Shown here: positions 11,357-24,800 of the stretch, one piece after another
How positions within the stretch are numbered: the first letter of the stretch is position 1
How the letters are laid out: each line of letters opens with the position of its first letter
Source of the DNA: Balanoglossus misakiensis
Taxonomy: Eukaryota; Animalia; Hemichordata
Assembly: GCA_040954595.2 (NCBI GenBank)
Contig: CM082587.2
Span: 4,822,106-4,886,105 of the forward strand
Reading direction: 5' to 3'
DNA length: 64,000 bases
The notes under the pieces: generated by a model
Told to the model about the DNA's origin: nothing
The model's database searches: none
What the model saw: the letters and a program-made list of their open reading frames with translations, nothing else
Made by a program: the position numbers and the translations under genes

Positions 11357-14300
11357 TCATCATCAGCCGAGGCTTCAATGCAATGCAGTGAGAGAAAGAC
11401 GTCACCTGAATCACAGGTCGTCGCATTTTTGTCAACCGGGCACTGGTGTCCCGGTACCAAAGTATGTCCCTAGACAACTTTACGTCTTTCGGAGCCAGTA
11501 TCTTTGAGTTATGACTGAAGCGGGCGTTTTTAAGTGCAAGAACAAGATGTCATAAAAACCATCGACTGTCCAAACCGGAGACATGACTTTCCGTTGCAAG
11601 TTATCGTAAAAGTGGACCAGGACCATCAAATCTAAAAGTAGTGAAAGGGTCAACTATTTTATTGGGCGTTGTCTCGTCGCCTCTAAGGTGAACAGATTTC
11701 CCCTAGCAGCTTGCAACTTGTACACATTTCCCCAATCACGGCAAAATGCACATCACGTTCCGGAAATCGGGCGTTGGGTCGCAAAAAAACTGAAGCATCA
11801 TAAATTATTATGTCATTAACGGCGTATTATTGCCCAGTGGGCTTGTCGTCCCCTACTTACGAGGAATAATTGAAGTCTCGTTCTGCTTTTAGAGACCGGC
11901 ATTTCAGTGCAGTGATTCTCGCCACATACAATCGATGACGTCCTGGCGTAATTGATTTAACCTTTCTGTAAACGTTAACTCCGCAATTAAGTCTCCGCTC
12001 TCTAATAACCGGGATATTAATGAACTCAACGGAGAGGTACTGACACTAAATACAACAGAAGCCCTTTTTGTGTCGGTCCCAATCTCATCCTGCATTTAAA
12101 CTGTTAAAAAAGCCAGATCCAACAAGGTTTCTGCGCTGTCCTATCTAATCGCCGCTGGCACCAGACTGGGGCGTGCACTGCGTCGGCTGGGACGTGTATT
12201 TTTTTTAAATGGCCCGACCGGGAATAACCTTTAGCATCTGAAGAGACCACGTCCGTGACGAGACTGGAGCGTAAATGTAGGCCTGTGTTACTTGGTATCA
12301 TTGCGAGGAAAAAAGAATTGGCTGGTAATCTAAAAAACTGATCGATTGACCAATCGATCGATCGGCTTATTGATAGATATCTCGGTTTATGGCTACGCGA
12401 GAATAGAAGCCTGTGGCGACACCCTATAACATATATCCACTCAGATTCGGGTAATTGACAAGTTCTAGACCGGGCCTATTAGTTTCTTACTACTTTCTGA
12501 TTGACAGACATCGAAAGAACTCGCAAAATGATCGGCAATGACCTACATGTCCGTGGAGAGGCAGGTCACCGACGGTTAGTATAAACAAATGATTAATTGG
12601 TTAAATTGACTGATTGTTTAACTAAGTGGTATGTTTGTTTGGACGTTGATTGCTCTTCAATTACCGTAACAAACGGGGGACACCAAGCTCGTATACAATT
12701 TTCCGCAACTAACAAGATTTTATTATGAGAGTCGAAGATACAATGACAGTATATGAATTTACACAAAATTATTGAACATAAATACAGGATAAGTTTTCTT
12801 TTCTGAAACTATACTTCTCATAACAATTTTATCCAGTGGTATACTTTGTGCATGATGGTAACCACAAGATCTTTTTTGAGCGACTGCGATCGTTTCATCC
12901 ATTATGTATTTTGTAATATATCTGGCAAGAATGCATGTAAGTCGTTGACCTCACCAAACACAGTTCGTGTCCACAACGTCATGAAGATTGTGTACATTGT
13001 CGGAGAAGGCAAATTAAAGGGCTCGTTCGTGGGTCGACTTATTGACATTGGAGAATTTTAAACATCAATGTTTTGGGAAATAGCTGACATATTTCACTGG
13101 GAGAGGGGGGTCTGATGGGAGATTGGGTTCGTTCATGTCACTGAGGTACGTCGAGGTGTGCACGGCCCATTTTGGCCTTAAGGCCAAAAATCAAGAGGGG
13201 TTCCTTAGAAATGCCGTCCAATGTCGATTCTAAATATTGCTGACATCCCCTCTACCGTTCTTAAGGAGTGAGTTAGAGGATCCTGTCTCTCGGCTACGGT
13301 ATGTGAGGGGCTTGACATGCAGGGATAGCGCAAACAAACAAACGGGATACACGATTAGCGGGAAATGTGCCAACGCGCACGATTGACGTTGTCGAAAGTG
13401 CACCAATGGGTTCACCCCAGTCACGTTCATGTCGACCTGTCAGCTGATGGTTAGCAGTGGCGTCCCTCCAGATCTCGTTTCGCCCAAAATACACCAGGCA
13501 TACTCGCCGTCAAAGTGTACTTGCCTCACAAGAGGAGGGTTAAATCATTCGCTCTTTACAACAACCTAAAGTAAAAGAAAATCAACAAAAAATGTCCACG
13601 GTCCCAGTTTCCCCCTTTGCATCCGCCGCGCCCGGCCGACACCTGTTCAACATTACGCCGGTCATTTGTAACCGCTTGAAATGCAAACTACCTTTTAGCA
13701 TCACAACTTCAGGAAATTCCGAATAAATAGCTCTCCTCGGCCGCGTCTTGTATGCGCAAATGGGACCGCCACCAACGTGCCAAAAATAATGCAGGAATTA
13801 AAACACGTATTTCTGATTTACTATTTGCGCCTGGCTGTTACATCACGAACGAGTTTTCTCTCCTCAGTATGCAAATCAGGTGGAACGAACCATTTAGAAG
13901 TTTGGACGGGTAAAGTGCGTTGATTTGAAAACCAAAGCGTCGTATCCATGATGCAGATGGGTGATTTGTTAAACGACTCGCTAACATGACTTAAGGCATC
14001 TAACATTTTCTCTATATTTTGAACACAGAGCAAGCTCGTTGGTACTGTAACAGACATTGTTTTATCTGGTTTCCCCTCTTATCAGACATTATTCCCCGGG
14101 GCGTGAAATATGACTTCACTAAAAACCAGTCGAGCCGGGGTGATAATTAAAGCCTTTTCGTCAGAACATGGACGCAGGATGGTCAGAGAACAATTGGCGA
14201 AAAGCTGACATCGTCTGCGTCTTTTCAATCGGGAATAAAAAAAATTAAAAGAAGTTTCAAGTGCCGAGTAAGGAGCTAAAAAAGCTATTCAATTGAAGTT

Positions 14301-15721
14301 GCGGTCAAAAGAATTTTTTCCAGTGAAACTTAAGCTGCCGGCGCTGGAAACAGCGTAGAAATCTCGAGGAGTTAGGGAACCCGCTCAAGAGTGCCGGATT
14401 ACTGCTTGAAGTGGATGTGATCATTATGAACTCCCCGTAATGCCATTAAAATCTCCGAATCTTCAATGGGGACGCAATTTAAGGTCACGGGTCATAAATT
14501 TAGAAAAAAAACTACGAGGATTTTGTGCGACTGTGTTGCTGTTTCCAATAGGAACTATGGGTTGTGTTGGGGTGGTCGTCTGCTCTGAGAAGCATAAGGA
14601 CTGGCCATTTTTGTCGGATTGTATAAATAAGGCGAGGGGTATGCCTTACAGTTTTATCAATAGTGATGTCACCGTATGCAAATGCAAACATAAACGAAAC
14701 CCGGCCGGTGAAGTTTAGCCCTGTATGATTTTGTCTCGTTTCTATCCTTGTGTTGTTTTTTCTGGTGAACGATTAGCTTGTGCGCGTTTAGTTTTTTTTT
14801 TTTTTGTCGGTTACTCTTACCGAACTACCGATATTTTTTAACGGGAGACCACAAATTCAGATTCGCGTCGCGTAAACATTGGTAAGTCTCTCTAATAAAA
14901 CACTCTGTGCTGGATAAATTAGCACTAAGAGGTTTTTCGCACTGGAAGCGGTTATTTTTGCGGATTCGTTCGGTTTACCGTCGTCGCGAAACACTTTCCG
15001 AATCGTCGCCTGCAGTGTGTATGAATCGTTCGGTCCAACGTGATCACACAATAACTGTTTAGGGTTATGAATATTAATTGCGTGTGTGGGGTGCTGGACG
15101 TATTGTATGTGTGGCGTTGAATGATTGATGTTTGTATACGTCTGAGGCAGGCAACCAACACCAATAGGGGCTTCCCTGTATAACATCTGGCGGTAGATGA
15201 CCGAGCGCAGTTTCCTACTGGACGGCGACGAACACGAAGCAGCAGCCTTTCGGAGACGCCGGGCTTTCATTGTGTGGCTGTCACTGAATGCAGCAGGCAG
15301 ATTCCTGAGGACGCGTCTGAGACCAAGTAGGCGAGACAGTGCTTGAGTCACCGGCTGCAGTCAAGCTGCGACCACTCTGCTGACGGAGGCCCCGGGTTCA
15401 CTTATGCATATACACTATACGCACAGGCATCCGTGAACTGAGTTGACTTTCGCAGTATACACTCAACGTGCACGTGAACACTGCTCCACCGTCCCCGTTT
15501 AGGGACATCGCTGGACTGAACCTGGTTTGTTTTTCTTCACTTAGTCACAGCGGCGGTGACTTCCTGTACTTTGAGACTACAAGCCCCTTGTGATATATGG
15601 AGTGCGAAGCCTAGGCGATAATTCGAGGGACTCACTTCACAATTTCAGCCGAGGGACATCAATGAGAGAGAACGCTAACCGTCCGCGAGCCTCTGTCTAC
15701 GTATCAAGCCCATTCGGAACC

Positions 15722-15813
15722 ATGTCAACTGTGTATTTCGTAGCGTTTGTGGTGTGCCTGCTTTTCTTCGTGGAACACGGCGATGCGTCGGCGGACTATT
15801 TGCACCGCGCCGG
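15722..15813 (+). CDS. EGFL7: EGFL7/8 coding exon 1: signal peptide [30 protein letters not shown](G)
   Basis: accATG context and hydrophobic core. The GTAAGT donor at 15814 is phase 2, joining in frame to give HRAG-RHVC (vertebrate YRPG-RRVC). Confidence 0.82.
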
Positions 15814-18800
15814 GTAAGTGCAACGTTCAATATTTCCCCCTACTTTGTCAGCGATCTTGTTCCCAACATTCTTTGCTGTTCGTAACAAAGTACTTGCGGG
15901 GCCGGCCAAATTGTGTGCATGGCTCTGCGTGTAAAATACTCTCTCCCTCTCTCTCGTTCGCTGAAGTGATCTGCCCTGTCACTGCAGTGCCGAGATATTA
16001 AAAAAAGTCAACCCCCTTCACTTGTCTGTGTAGAGGTTTTGAATTTGTGAGACGGAATGTATATACCCCTAATTGATGTGTAATCACATTAAAACAAGTC
16101 TCTCGACGGTTTAAATGGCTTCGACGTTGATTGATTGGAGGGGATTTCGGGTCACATGCCAAGATTGTCAAGTCGAAGTTTGTGAAAGGTTGCCGTGCTC
16201 TTTCTATTCTGTCCGACATTTTCGGTGGTTGAAAAATAGGGGCATTTGCGAGTAGAAGCAAACGGAGATAAAGCGCTTGGTCGCCATCGTCTGGTCGACG
16301 GCTGGATGTGTAGATTCTCGACATACTTCTAATAGAGTGATATACAGTATTTACACATGAGCACATACTCGTAGTGACTGATTTCAGGGCACCACGGCAG
16401 AAAAGCACTTCCAGCTGTGCGTCTGCGTGACCTTCAACTACACAGGGCTCGCGTTTTCACTCGGTTCCCCCGCGCAAACAGTGCGGGATATACGCGCCGC
16501 GAGAAACTTTGCGATCCGATGTTGCGTGGTGGTGGCCTATACCCTGGTTCCTTTTGTTGTTGTTTCCTTTACCCTCGGATTCTTGGGTTGTGGGAGGGGG
16601 GAGTGAAAGTTCGCTTTTGTGATGACAGTCGGCAGATGTGGTGGTCGGTGCAGTGTATCGCAGCCATTAATTATATCGTCAAACCGAGTTTTATACAGTC
16701 AGAGCACCAGTCGCCTCTGTCTGTATGGATTCCATTTACTCGTGGTATATGTATGTATACAGTGCCCCCCCCCCCCGTATGCCCCGCATAAAAGTAACCC
16801 TTAGCGAGCTCATGCACGATAGGGACCGTTCCATTTCTCCCATGCTGGGAGGGGGGGGGGGAATAGCTGATCAGTCGGTTTCGAAGTCTTTTTCTGTCTA
16901 ACTCTAAAAAAGTGTTGAAATGTGATCAGTTTACATGGTTTACGGTCGAGGCCCGGCGCTGACTTTTCCTCCTACGCACAACCTAACTTGTCAACATGCC
17001 GAGCGTCTCGGCGAATCTCGTCGTAAAATGTCCTGTTGTTTGTGTTCAGTTGTGCCACATTGGTGTGCGTTTTGCCCCTGGGCTATAATTTCACAGAGTT
17101 ACGACTCCTTATAGCAGACTATGGTGCCACCCCTACCATGCAAATACCAATCCAATTTGCCTCGGTTCGTCAGTTCTATTTTCGCGAACCGCTGAGACAA
17201 AATACAGAGAACGTGTTTTAGGTCCTTAAGTATCTCGATTTCTCTTAATCCCAATTTCCCCCAGACCCGTGATGTACTTTTTTGATTACCCGTCCGTCTC
17301 GGCGCAACGCATACTGGGAAACTGTCTTCGGTGAAGTTAGATTCGGCGCTATGCCCCCGGGTATAAAAGCAAAGGGAAAAGTCAAAGCAATAGAGGTGTT
17401 ACCCGTGAAACCTTGAGTCGGGATTTTTAGGGGATGGCTTGGTGTCTGATTTGTGCGATCAATACCCTTGTCGCCGGAAGAAATATGCTCAAGTGACTTT
17501 ATTTTGAAACGATCTTAGCACAGGTGTGCATGCTACTGAGCCACTTAAAAGTTCAACATAATGAAAAAATCCAAGTGTGCGTGAACTCGGTTCTTTGTTT
17601 CAAATAGTTTTCACAAAATAACCGAGTCCAGCGATAATATTATGATTCTTGCAGTTTGTTTTTGGCGGGTGGGGGGGGGGGCATTGCGAAGAAATGACTT
17701 TTTCATTCCGTTCTTTTGGTGGGAAGTAAGTTGTACACAATGATGACTTTGCGTATTTTTAGCTGCCAGTTTTATAACAGTACTCAACACTACCCCTAAT
17801 CGCCAAATTTTTGGTAGAGTACCGCAACGGCCTACTTGAAAAAATATCAACCTCGATGTAAACGGCGCCGTGCTCAGGGGACACCCAAAAATGGACACTG
17901 CACGAACTTTTAAAAATCTCTTAGCATTTTCTGGCTTTACAGGCACTTTCCAATCAGCCGTCGGTTTCATCTTCCATTCTGGCACGCATCCCATCTCAGA
18001 GAAAACCGAACGCGCGCGAGACACTTCAATTATTGCAGTTACCCGTGCCCGGAAAAAGAAAGAAAAAGTTCCTCGAGTGTGTTTCTTCTCGCCAGTTCTT
18101 TATCTTGGTAGTCTGATACGTATATGTGTTCCTTTTACATCGTCGCACGTCTGTAACAATGGATACATAAAAAATCGGCCCTCAGGGTGTCAAATATGCG
18201 AGTGCCTTTTAAAGCGACTCGTGTACATTTCAGAAGTAAATCTCAAAGATAACATGTCCATTTCGATCGGGCGTGAAGCAAAAGTTCAAAAGTTTCAAGT
18301 CTGAAAAGAAAGATTATGCGGGCAAAAATCAAATGAAATATATGTAGTTATTATGACATTGTGAAGTTGTTGTTGTTTATAATACGCGAGAGATGAAATT
18401 CTTCAACAAATAGTGGTATACATACAGCATTCGTGCAAGAAATAAGTACAAAAAAGTTCTAAAATGGTTTTGGTTGCAAGATATTTTTTTCTACCAGACA
18501 TTGTCAAGGAAACAGAAACAGATCGCGCTAGTTTCTTCTTTGGTGTGACTGTGTCTGTGACGTCACTACGCACACTTATCGGCTTCCACAGCTCGAGTCA
18601 GGCTACGGCAATAAACAAAAGACCAAATCGATCTCATACTTGTCGAAACACAGCATGTAACATAACGTGTCGAACGTATAGAACCTGTCAGTAGCCCTTT
18701 TTTTTATGTAATACTGTTTGTTGCTTGGTTGGGTGGGTGTTGTTGCTCAAGGCGCGAGCTGATTGTTGATTTTTTGTTGCCGAAAAAAAATGTTTTATTG

Positions 18801-21800
18801 GTCATAAAACCGAGCCTTTCAAAATCTGAGTAAATATAGCCGGTGTCGTAAATATCGCCTATTTTATTGCGACCTGAAAACAATGTCGAGGTTTTCCAGG
18901 CTGACTGGGAACATGGACACACACTCGCAGACTGAGGACAACGCTGTTAAACGCTGTGTGTGACATTGCAAGGCGTCCCAGGATCGATGCTTTAGTAATT
19001 GATTTTGACAAGGGGAGCTTGTAAGCGTAGCACAGTTGGCGAGACGGAAACAACGTTGTCGTTGAGCTAAATAAAGATCGCGAACTCAAATTAAACAGCG
19101 TCCTCGTGGATTCGACATTGTTGAGAGACTTACTTCTCCCCGGCGAACAAAAACTGCGTCTCAGTTCCTTCGCGCCATGACCTTTTTTTCTCTCCAGCGA
19201 CTAAACAGACGCGGTGACGGACCTCACACTACTGTCAGACTGAGAAAGCTATCTCTCAGCACACTTCGGCACAATCTTCTTAAAATGCGAGCTTTCAATA
19301 CCCCCGCCGTTTATCTGCAAGAGCTTGTCCGCACCGATGATAAAACGTTCTATCTTTTACTTTCGCACGGGTTAAAAGATGATAAGTGCCCAATCGTTCT
19401 CCGGCGACCCGTTGCCAAAGTTGCCTTCTTTGTGTTCGTTATTCATTGCACCGGGGGAGTCGATAACCGCCATGCAAAGTCGCTCCGTCGCCATATTTGA
19501 AAGTTAGCCGTTTAACAAAATTCACTCAGTCGTCAGTGACTTAGAAGCTGCCTGTTCAAGTACATGGGCGATCTAATTTGAGGAAGTTAGAGTTCATTAT
19601 CGTCCACTGGCAAGGTCGCGTGACCAGTTCGCTTCGACCAAAAAAAGACAACAGCGCTCCATCTGAACAAATAAAGGAAGCAACGCACGGCAATGCGCGA
19701 GGAGTGAAAATGGCACATTACAAATCGCATTTTCATTGCTTGTTACGCCTTGATGAAGATAAAGCAAAGTTGAAATAGTGTCTAAGAAAGCGACTCGACT
19801 TATCTCTTGCCAGGTTCAAACACATAGACACCGTCGGATCGCCATTACTGTCAGATTAGGTTCAACTCATCTGAAAAGAAACATCCTTTTAACTAACATT
19901 ATAGGGAGTCGGGGTTTTGGCGATTAGTGAAAGGAGTTTTTTTCTTGGCGCTTGTTCCTTGAGTGTAAAGATTTAGCCAAATTACTTTCGCAGATAGACG
20001 GACCATTAAAAAATTATCCATCATTATCCAGAGGTCAAACGCGCCTTTTCAGGATTACTCTTATAGTCTGGTATCTGGAAGGGCACAATTTGCCGCTAAT
20101 GAGCGAACCCATTCGCGGATCGCCGACGGTTTCTTTGTGTGTGTGGTTGTTTTTAGCTTGGCGGCGCTTCTCGTTAGTGTCGTCACAAATCAGAAAGGAT
20201 ATGCTTGGCAAGTACAAACTGTTTACGTATCCAGTAATTTTCTGAACCATCAGCGTTTTCTGGGGGAATAGCCGGCCGCGCTGCCACATGTCGTTTTGAA
20301 AGTGTGACACATGGAACGCCCCTGTCCGTACCCTTCAACTCAAAAATTCACCCCGGTGTTTATTGTGAGAAAAAGTGAATAAATAACACAGGAAGCAGCG
20401 AAAAATTCGGTATATTGATCGTGTTGTCACGCATCATACATGATGCCCCCCACTCTTTCCGACCGTTTCAACATCTGAAGATGCTGTCGTCACCTTGAAA
20501 CGTTGCATTCACGTCTGCTTGCCGGCTCGGGCTAATTACGGGCTCTGGGTAAACCGAGCCACTTAAAGCGGCTCTGGCTGGAATTTTCGGTCGGACCGAC
20601 GCAATTTAGATTGACTTTAAGCGAGATTGGAACAGATGTAGCATTATAAATATCCACCGAGACGGAATGATCGAAGTTCGCTTAATTTCACCCACAAAAT
20701 GCGGTCATAATACACCTAAGCAGGCGTAACATTCACTGTTGCTGAATTTTCGCTTTCTCGCCCGACTCCCTAGCTCACCTGCGATTCCACTGCATCCAAC
20801 CGGGTTCGTTTTCGCAATACCTTTTAAATGCATCTCTCAACCGGATTTCTGCTTTAATCTGCTACTTCACGATCAGTTAAACCTTTTTATTCCAAACCCT
20901 GTCGCGAGTCTGCGCTTCCACTCAGACGTAAAATGCCAGCCACTCGACGTAATCATGGCAATTGCAAGTACATGCAAAATGTCACGGATGAGGTAAAACA
21001 TATATTTCTGGAGGTCTCTGTTACACCTAACTTCGGAAGAGTTTTTTTGCGGTGAAACTCGATCGGGGGAGATATCACAAACGTTACGGGTAATGTTTCT
21101 GTCTATCGAAGGACGGTCGTACCGAAAACCTAGAAATATACACACTCTGAACTCGGAAGGGCCCGTCGTCCGCTCGCGCGAGTCGTTAGCTAGACTACAG
21201 CAAAGAGACCTTGGCAGGCGAAGATGAGAAGAGCTATGGTTGTAGAGAAAGCAACGGATAGATCAAGGTTATACCTATTGCAAAAACATCTCTGTAAATG
21301 CCAGGGCAGTGTCAAAATTTACTTGAGTCCCGTCTGAGGCCACAAATGCTTTTGTCCCGGGCTCCTTAGTCTTAAAGACCCTATACCAACCTTGCACCCA
21401 ATCAGAATGTGAAAAGTACCGCACTTTTAATCAATGGGCAAATTCTGATTTGCACGGTTTTTGTATATTTTTGTTGCAGTATTTTCCCAGGCGAATCGGA
21501 AATCCCTCTTCGCACTTTTACCGTTAAAAATCTCTCCCATTTGTTCGAAGTGTTGAAAGGCACGCCAATCAAGTCAAAATGGAAGTAAACCGTTTTGGTT
21601 GTTAAAAAGCAACTCTTTGATCGCCGGGTCAGTTTATCTCAGTCCATAAAAAACGAAGTCTGTGACCGGCGAGGTTATAAACACAAAACAGGCTACGATT
21701 TCTTCATTCCCGTTCGCCTTCGGTAGTATTCCGCAAAGTTTACGCATAAGAGCGTTTTTCGGGGAGACTTAGAACGCACCGCCGGGGAGTGTTGGAAACA

Positions 21801-24800
21801 GAAGACGGTGAGAGAGTCCCCGGATGTATTGAGAAAATGTAGCCGCGCCAAATGATTCAGTGAACGACAACGGATAATGCACTTCTTGTTGTAACTTCAG
21901 AAGTGAACGGCTGCGGTGCCACGATGTTAAGTGTCAAAAATGCCAGTCTGCGTTACCCAAGTGCAGCTAACGTGCAATGTCATGAATGATCCCCTCGAAA
22001 GACGCAAACATTCCAAAGGTGCATACGATATCAAGTGAATCGGGAACATATTTTGTTTCGTCTTAATTCTAGTAAAACACGGTCATATCGAAAAATGTTC
22101 TAAAATACACACCAGGTGTCATTGCTTATTTTCATAGGAATATCAGACATCTTTTACCTGTCCAAAAACACTCCAAATAATGCATGGTAATACACATTGT
22201 ACGTTTGTGGACCGTAAAATGTTTTGGCCCGGGGCATGTTTAGGCGTGGTCACGTTTCATTGAAGCGCACAAGTTCAACACAATACAAAGCTTGCCGAGT
22301 ACAGCATTTGAAAGAGAACCGATATCTCACAAGGGGTGACGACGAAACAGTGAAATCAAGGTTGAACAAACTTCTCGGCAAATTTCTTGAGTATGGCGGG
22401 CCTTTTTTGTGACTCTAAATGCCTTAATTGATAAGTGTACCTCAGGGCGTGGTTGCATCTGGTACTTTCACAGATAAAGTGGTGTTGTGGTGAGTCCGTT
22501 TTCCTCCAGGAGGGGAGTAACGGGGCCGGATGCGTGGATTTGGAGAAATGACACACTTCCCCTCCGGTTCCACGAGACACTTGTGGCCGGCTATCTCTTA
22601 TCTCCTAGACTTCGTAAAGGTATAGGGGCATATGGTAGAGATACGCCCGGCCTTTAAAAGTGGCTGATTTATGGAGTCCCTTGGTCTGTGCTGTTTTTAT
22701 GGCTTTAATCGCCGACTCCTATACGCTGCATTTTCACGCCTCGGCTATTTATTCTCCATCACGGCAGTCTGTAGTCGTCCTATTTCACTCCAGGTTTTTC
22801 CCCTTCCCATCTATACATGCACAGCCACCCAGAGTTGCTCAGTGTCGTAAAAAGGGCACCGCTATTTTACGGCAACGCTGGCCCGTATCAGAAGAACACC
22901 GCTATTTTACGGCAACGCTGGCCCCGTATCGGAAGAATGAAATCGCTCTTTATTGCAAATATCATTGCCCACCAGACAGAAAGTGCGTCTGTACACGCAT
23001 CGGAAGAACTTCTTCAACCGTAAAACTGTATGACAGGTCCCGGCAGTGATGAAAAACACATCAGGGGCATTCACGTCTGACAGATTTTTATCAACGAAAA
23101 GTGTAGAGTTGTTACACGCATCGAGTCTGAGTCAGAACACATCGCTTTGTGAGTAAAAAAAGTTCACTTGTGAAGTGATAAACGAAATACCAAGGTTTGT
23201 TTTATATCAGTGATAGATAGAAGAGACAGTCAGACTGAATATACAGATGCAGCGGTTGCCTGGCAACTGAAAGTGTGCCCAAACCACTGTATACACAGAC
23301 TGCGCACAATTTACAACCTCCGACGCAGGCTCGTAAATGGGTCAAGTTTAGCAACTTGTATATCATTTTATGCGAGTTTCTTCAAGAGGTGAAGCGGGTT
23401 GTAAATACGGCGAGAATCTGTCAATATTGACAGCAAACAGCGTTTACGGGTCTCCGTGAACTTCTTCGCGAAAGAAAGCGGCGCACAGTGTGAGTAAGAA
23501 TGATCAGACAAAAGATGTCGTTGAACTAACTGTCCCCGTAGGTGCGTGCTTGTATAGATGGGAAGCCATGTTTATTACATGCGTGCCTGTCTGTATTATT
23601 GCATGCACATGACTGTCCATGGTTGTACAGATCCCAAGGGAACTGTTTCTTGTGGGGGCGCGGTAATCACACACATACGCATATACACACCCACACCACG
23701 CTACTGTGTTTATTTGTTACACTCTCGGGTAGAAAATTGTGTAACAGAGGGACACCTCATTAAAACGCAGATAACACCCCGTGATGCTGGCCTCGACAGA
23801 GAGGACACGGACTCGCTGACCTAGTATCTTGGCGATGTCGTGCTTTGATCTCGTTGGCTTCAGACTAAACAGACCCGAACATCTTTTATTCGACTGAACC
23901 TGTTATTTACTCGGGGTCTTAAAATATATGTATCGTCGACTGTCACGTGTGCACGCCGGTGGCCATATGCGATTGCGAGCAGATCTCTCACCCGTGCCAG
24001 CCTTAGCCTAAGAGGAGGAAAATAATCCCGAGCAGACAAGCACTGTGGTTAAAAGGGCTTGATGCGAAACATTCAGAATGAGTTAAGGAATTCTTGGCTT
24101 TTAAAACCAAGGGTTCCTTAATAGTTAGCCGGTCGATCAACTGATTTCACGTGACATGTGAGTGTGTGTGTGACTGTACATGTGGTAACACTTTGTTACT
24201 GTGCTCCCGGAACGCGTGTGGGCACCGTGTTCTCGTCCACACCTCAGCCTAATTGTTGCCAAAATGCATTCCACAATTAAGGCGAGATAAAGCGAAATCG
24301 TGTTTTTTTTCCAACACGGAAAATGAAGGCAAACAGGGGGTGCCACTCACGACTTTACTTCCAAGCTCAATACATGTATTGGCCGTCCCCAATGTGCCGC
24401 ACATTACTGCTACTTCGCCACCTGCAGAAGAATTCCAACAGTGAAACGAGAACAAAGACGCGATTCGTCTACTTGCGTACCCCCTTTTTTACAAACGTTT
24501 TGCAGGTCCTTTAGGAACTGACATACCGATACCATGCCAGAGCAGTTACGCAGCAAATATCTTCATTTCTCCACCGTCTTTGTTGATAAAATTGCTCGGC
24601 GCGGGGGTCAAAAGGTTCGCCACCATTCTCTCTCGCTTGGTCTGATTTCACAACAAATATTAATTTACACATTCGATCATTTTCAGAAACGGTCTGACCT
24701 TAAGTCGGCGTAGCAAAGGTCATTTTCCGAGCGGAATAAAATCCCAGTCTTGATTACATAAACTCAGTGTTTCAGTAAGCAAGTGACGTATTTTTTCAGA

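Noticed and set aside
21095-21140. miR-126 candidate (tcgtaccg, the first 8 nt of miR-126-3p) in an EGFL7 intron
   Set aside because: The match stops after 8 nt, there is no CATTATTAC 5p arm or good hairpin, and it is in the wrong intron. I saw no miR-126 in the downstream introns by eye.
21372-22660. Possible Kolobok-type MITE starting ttaaagaccctatacc
   Set aside because: Only a partial ggtataggg match at ~22620; no complete matching terminus with TTAA.
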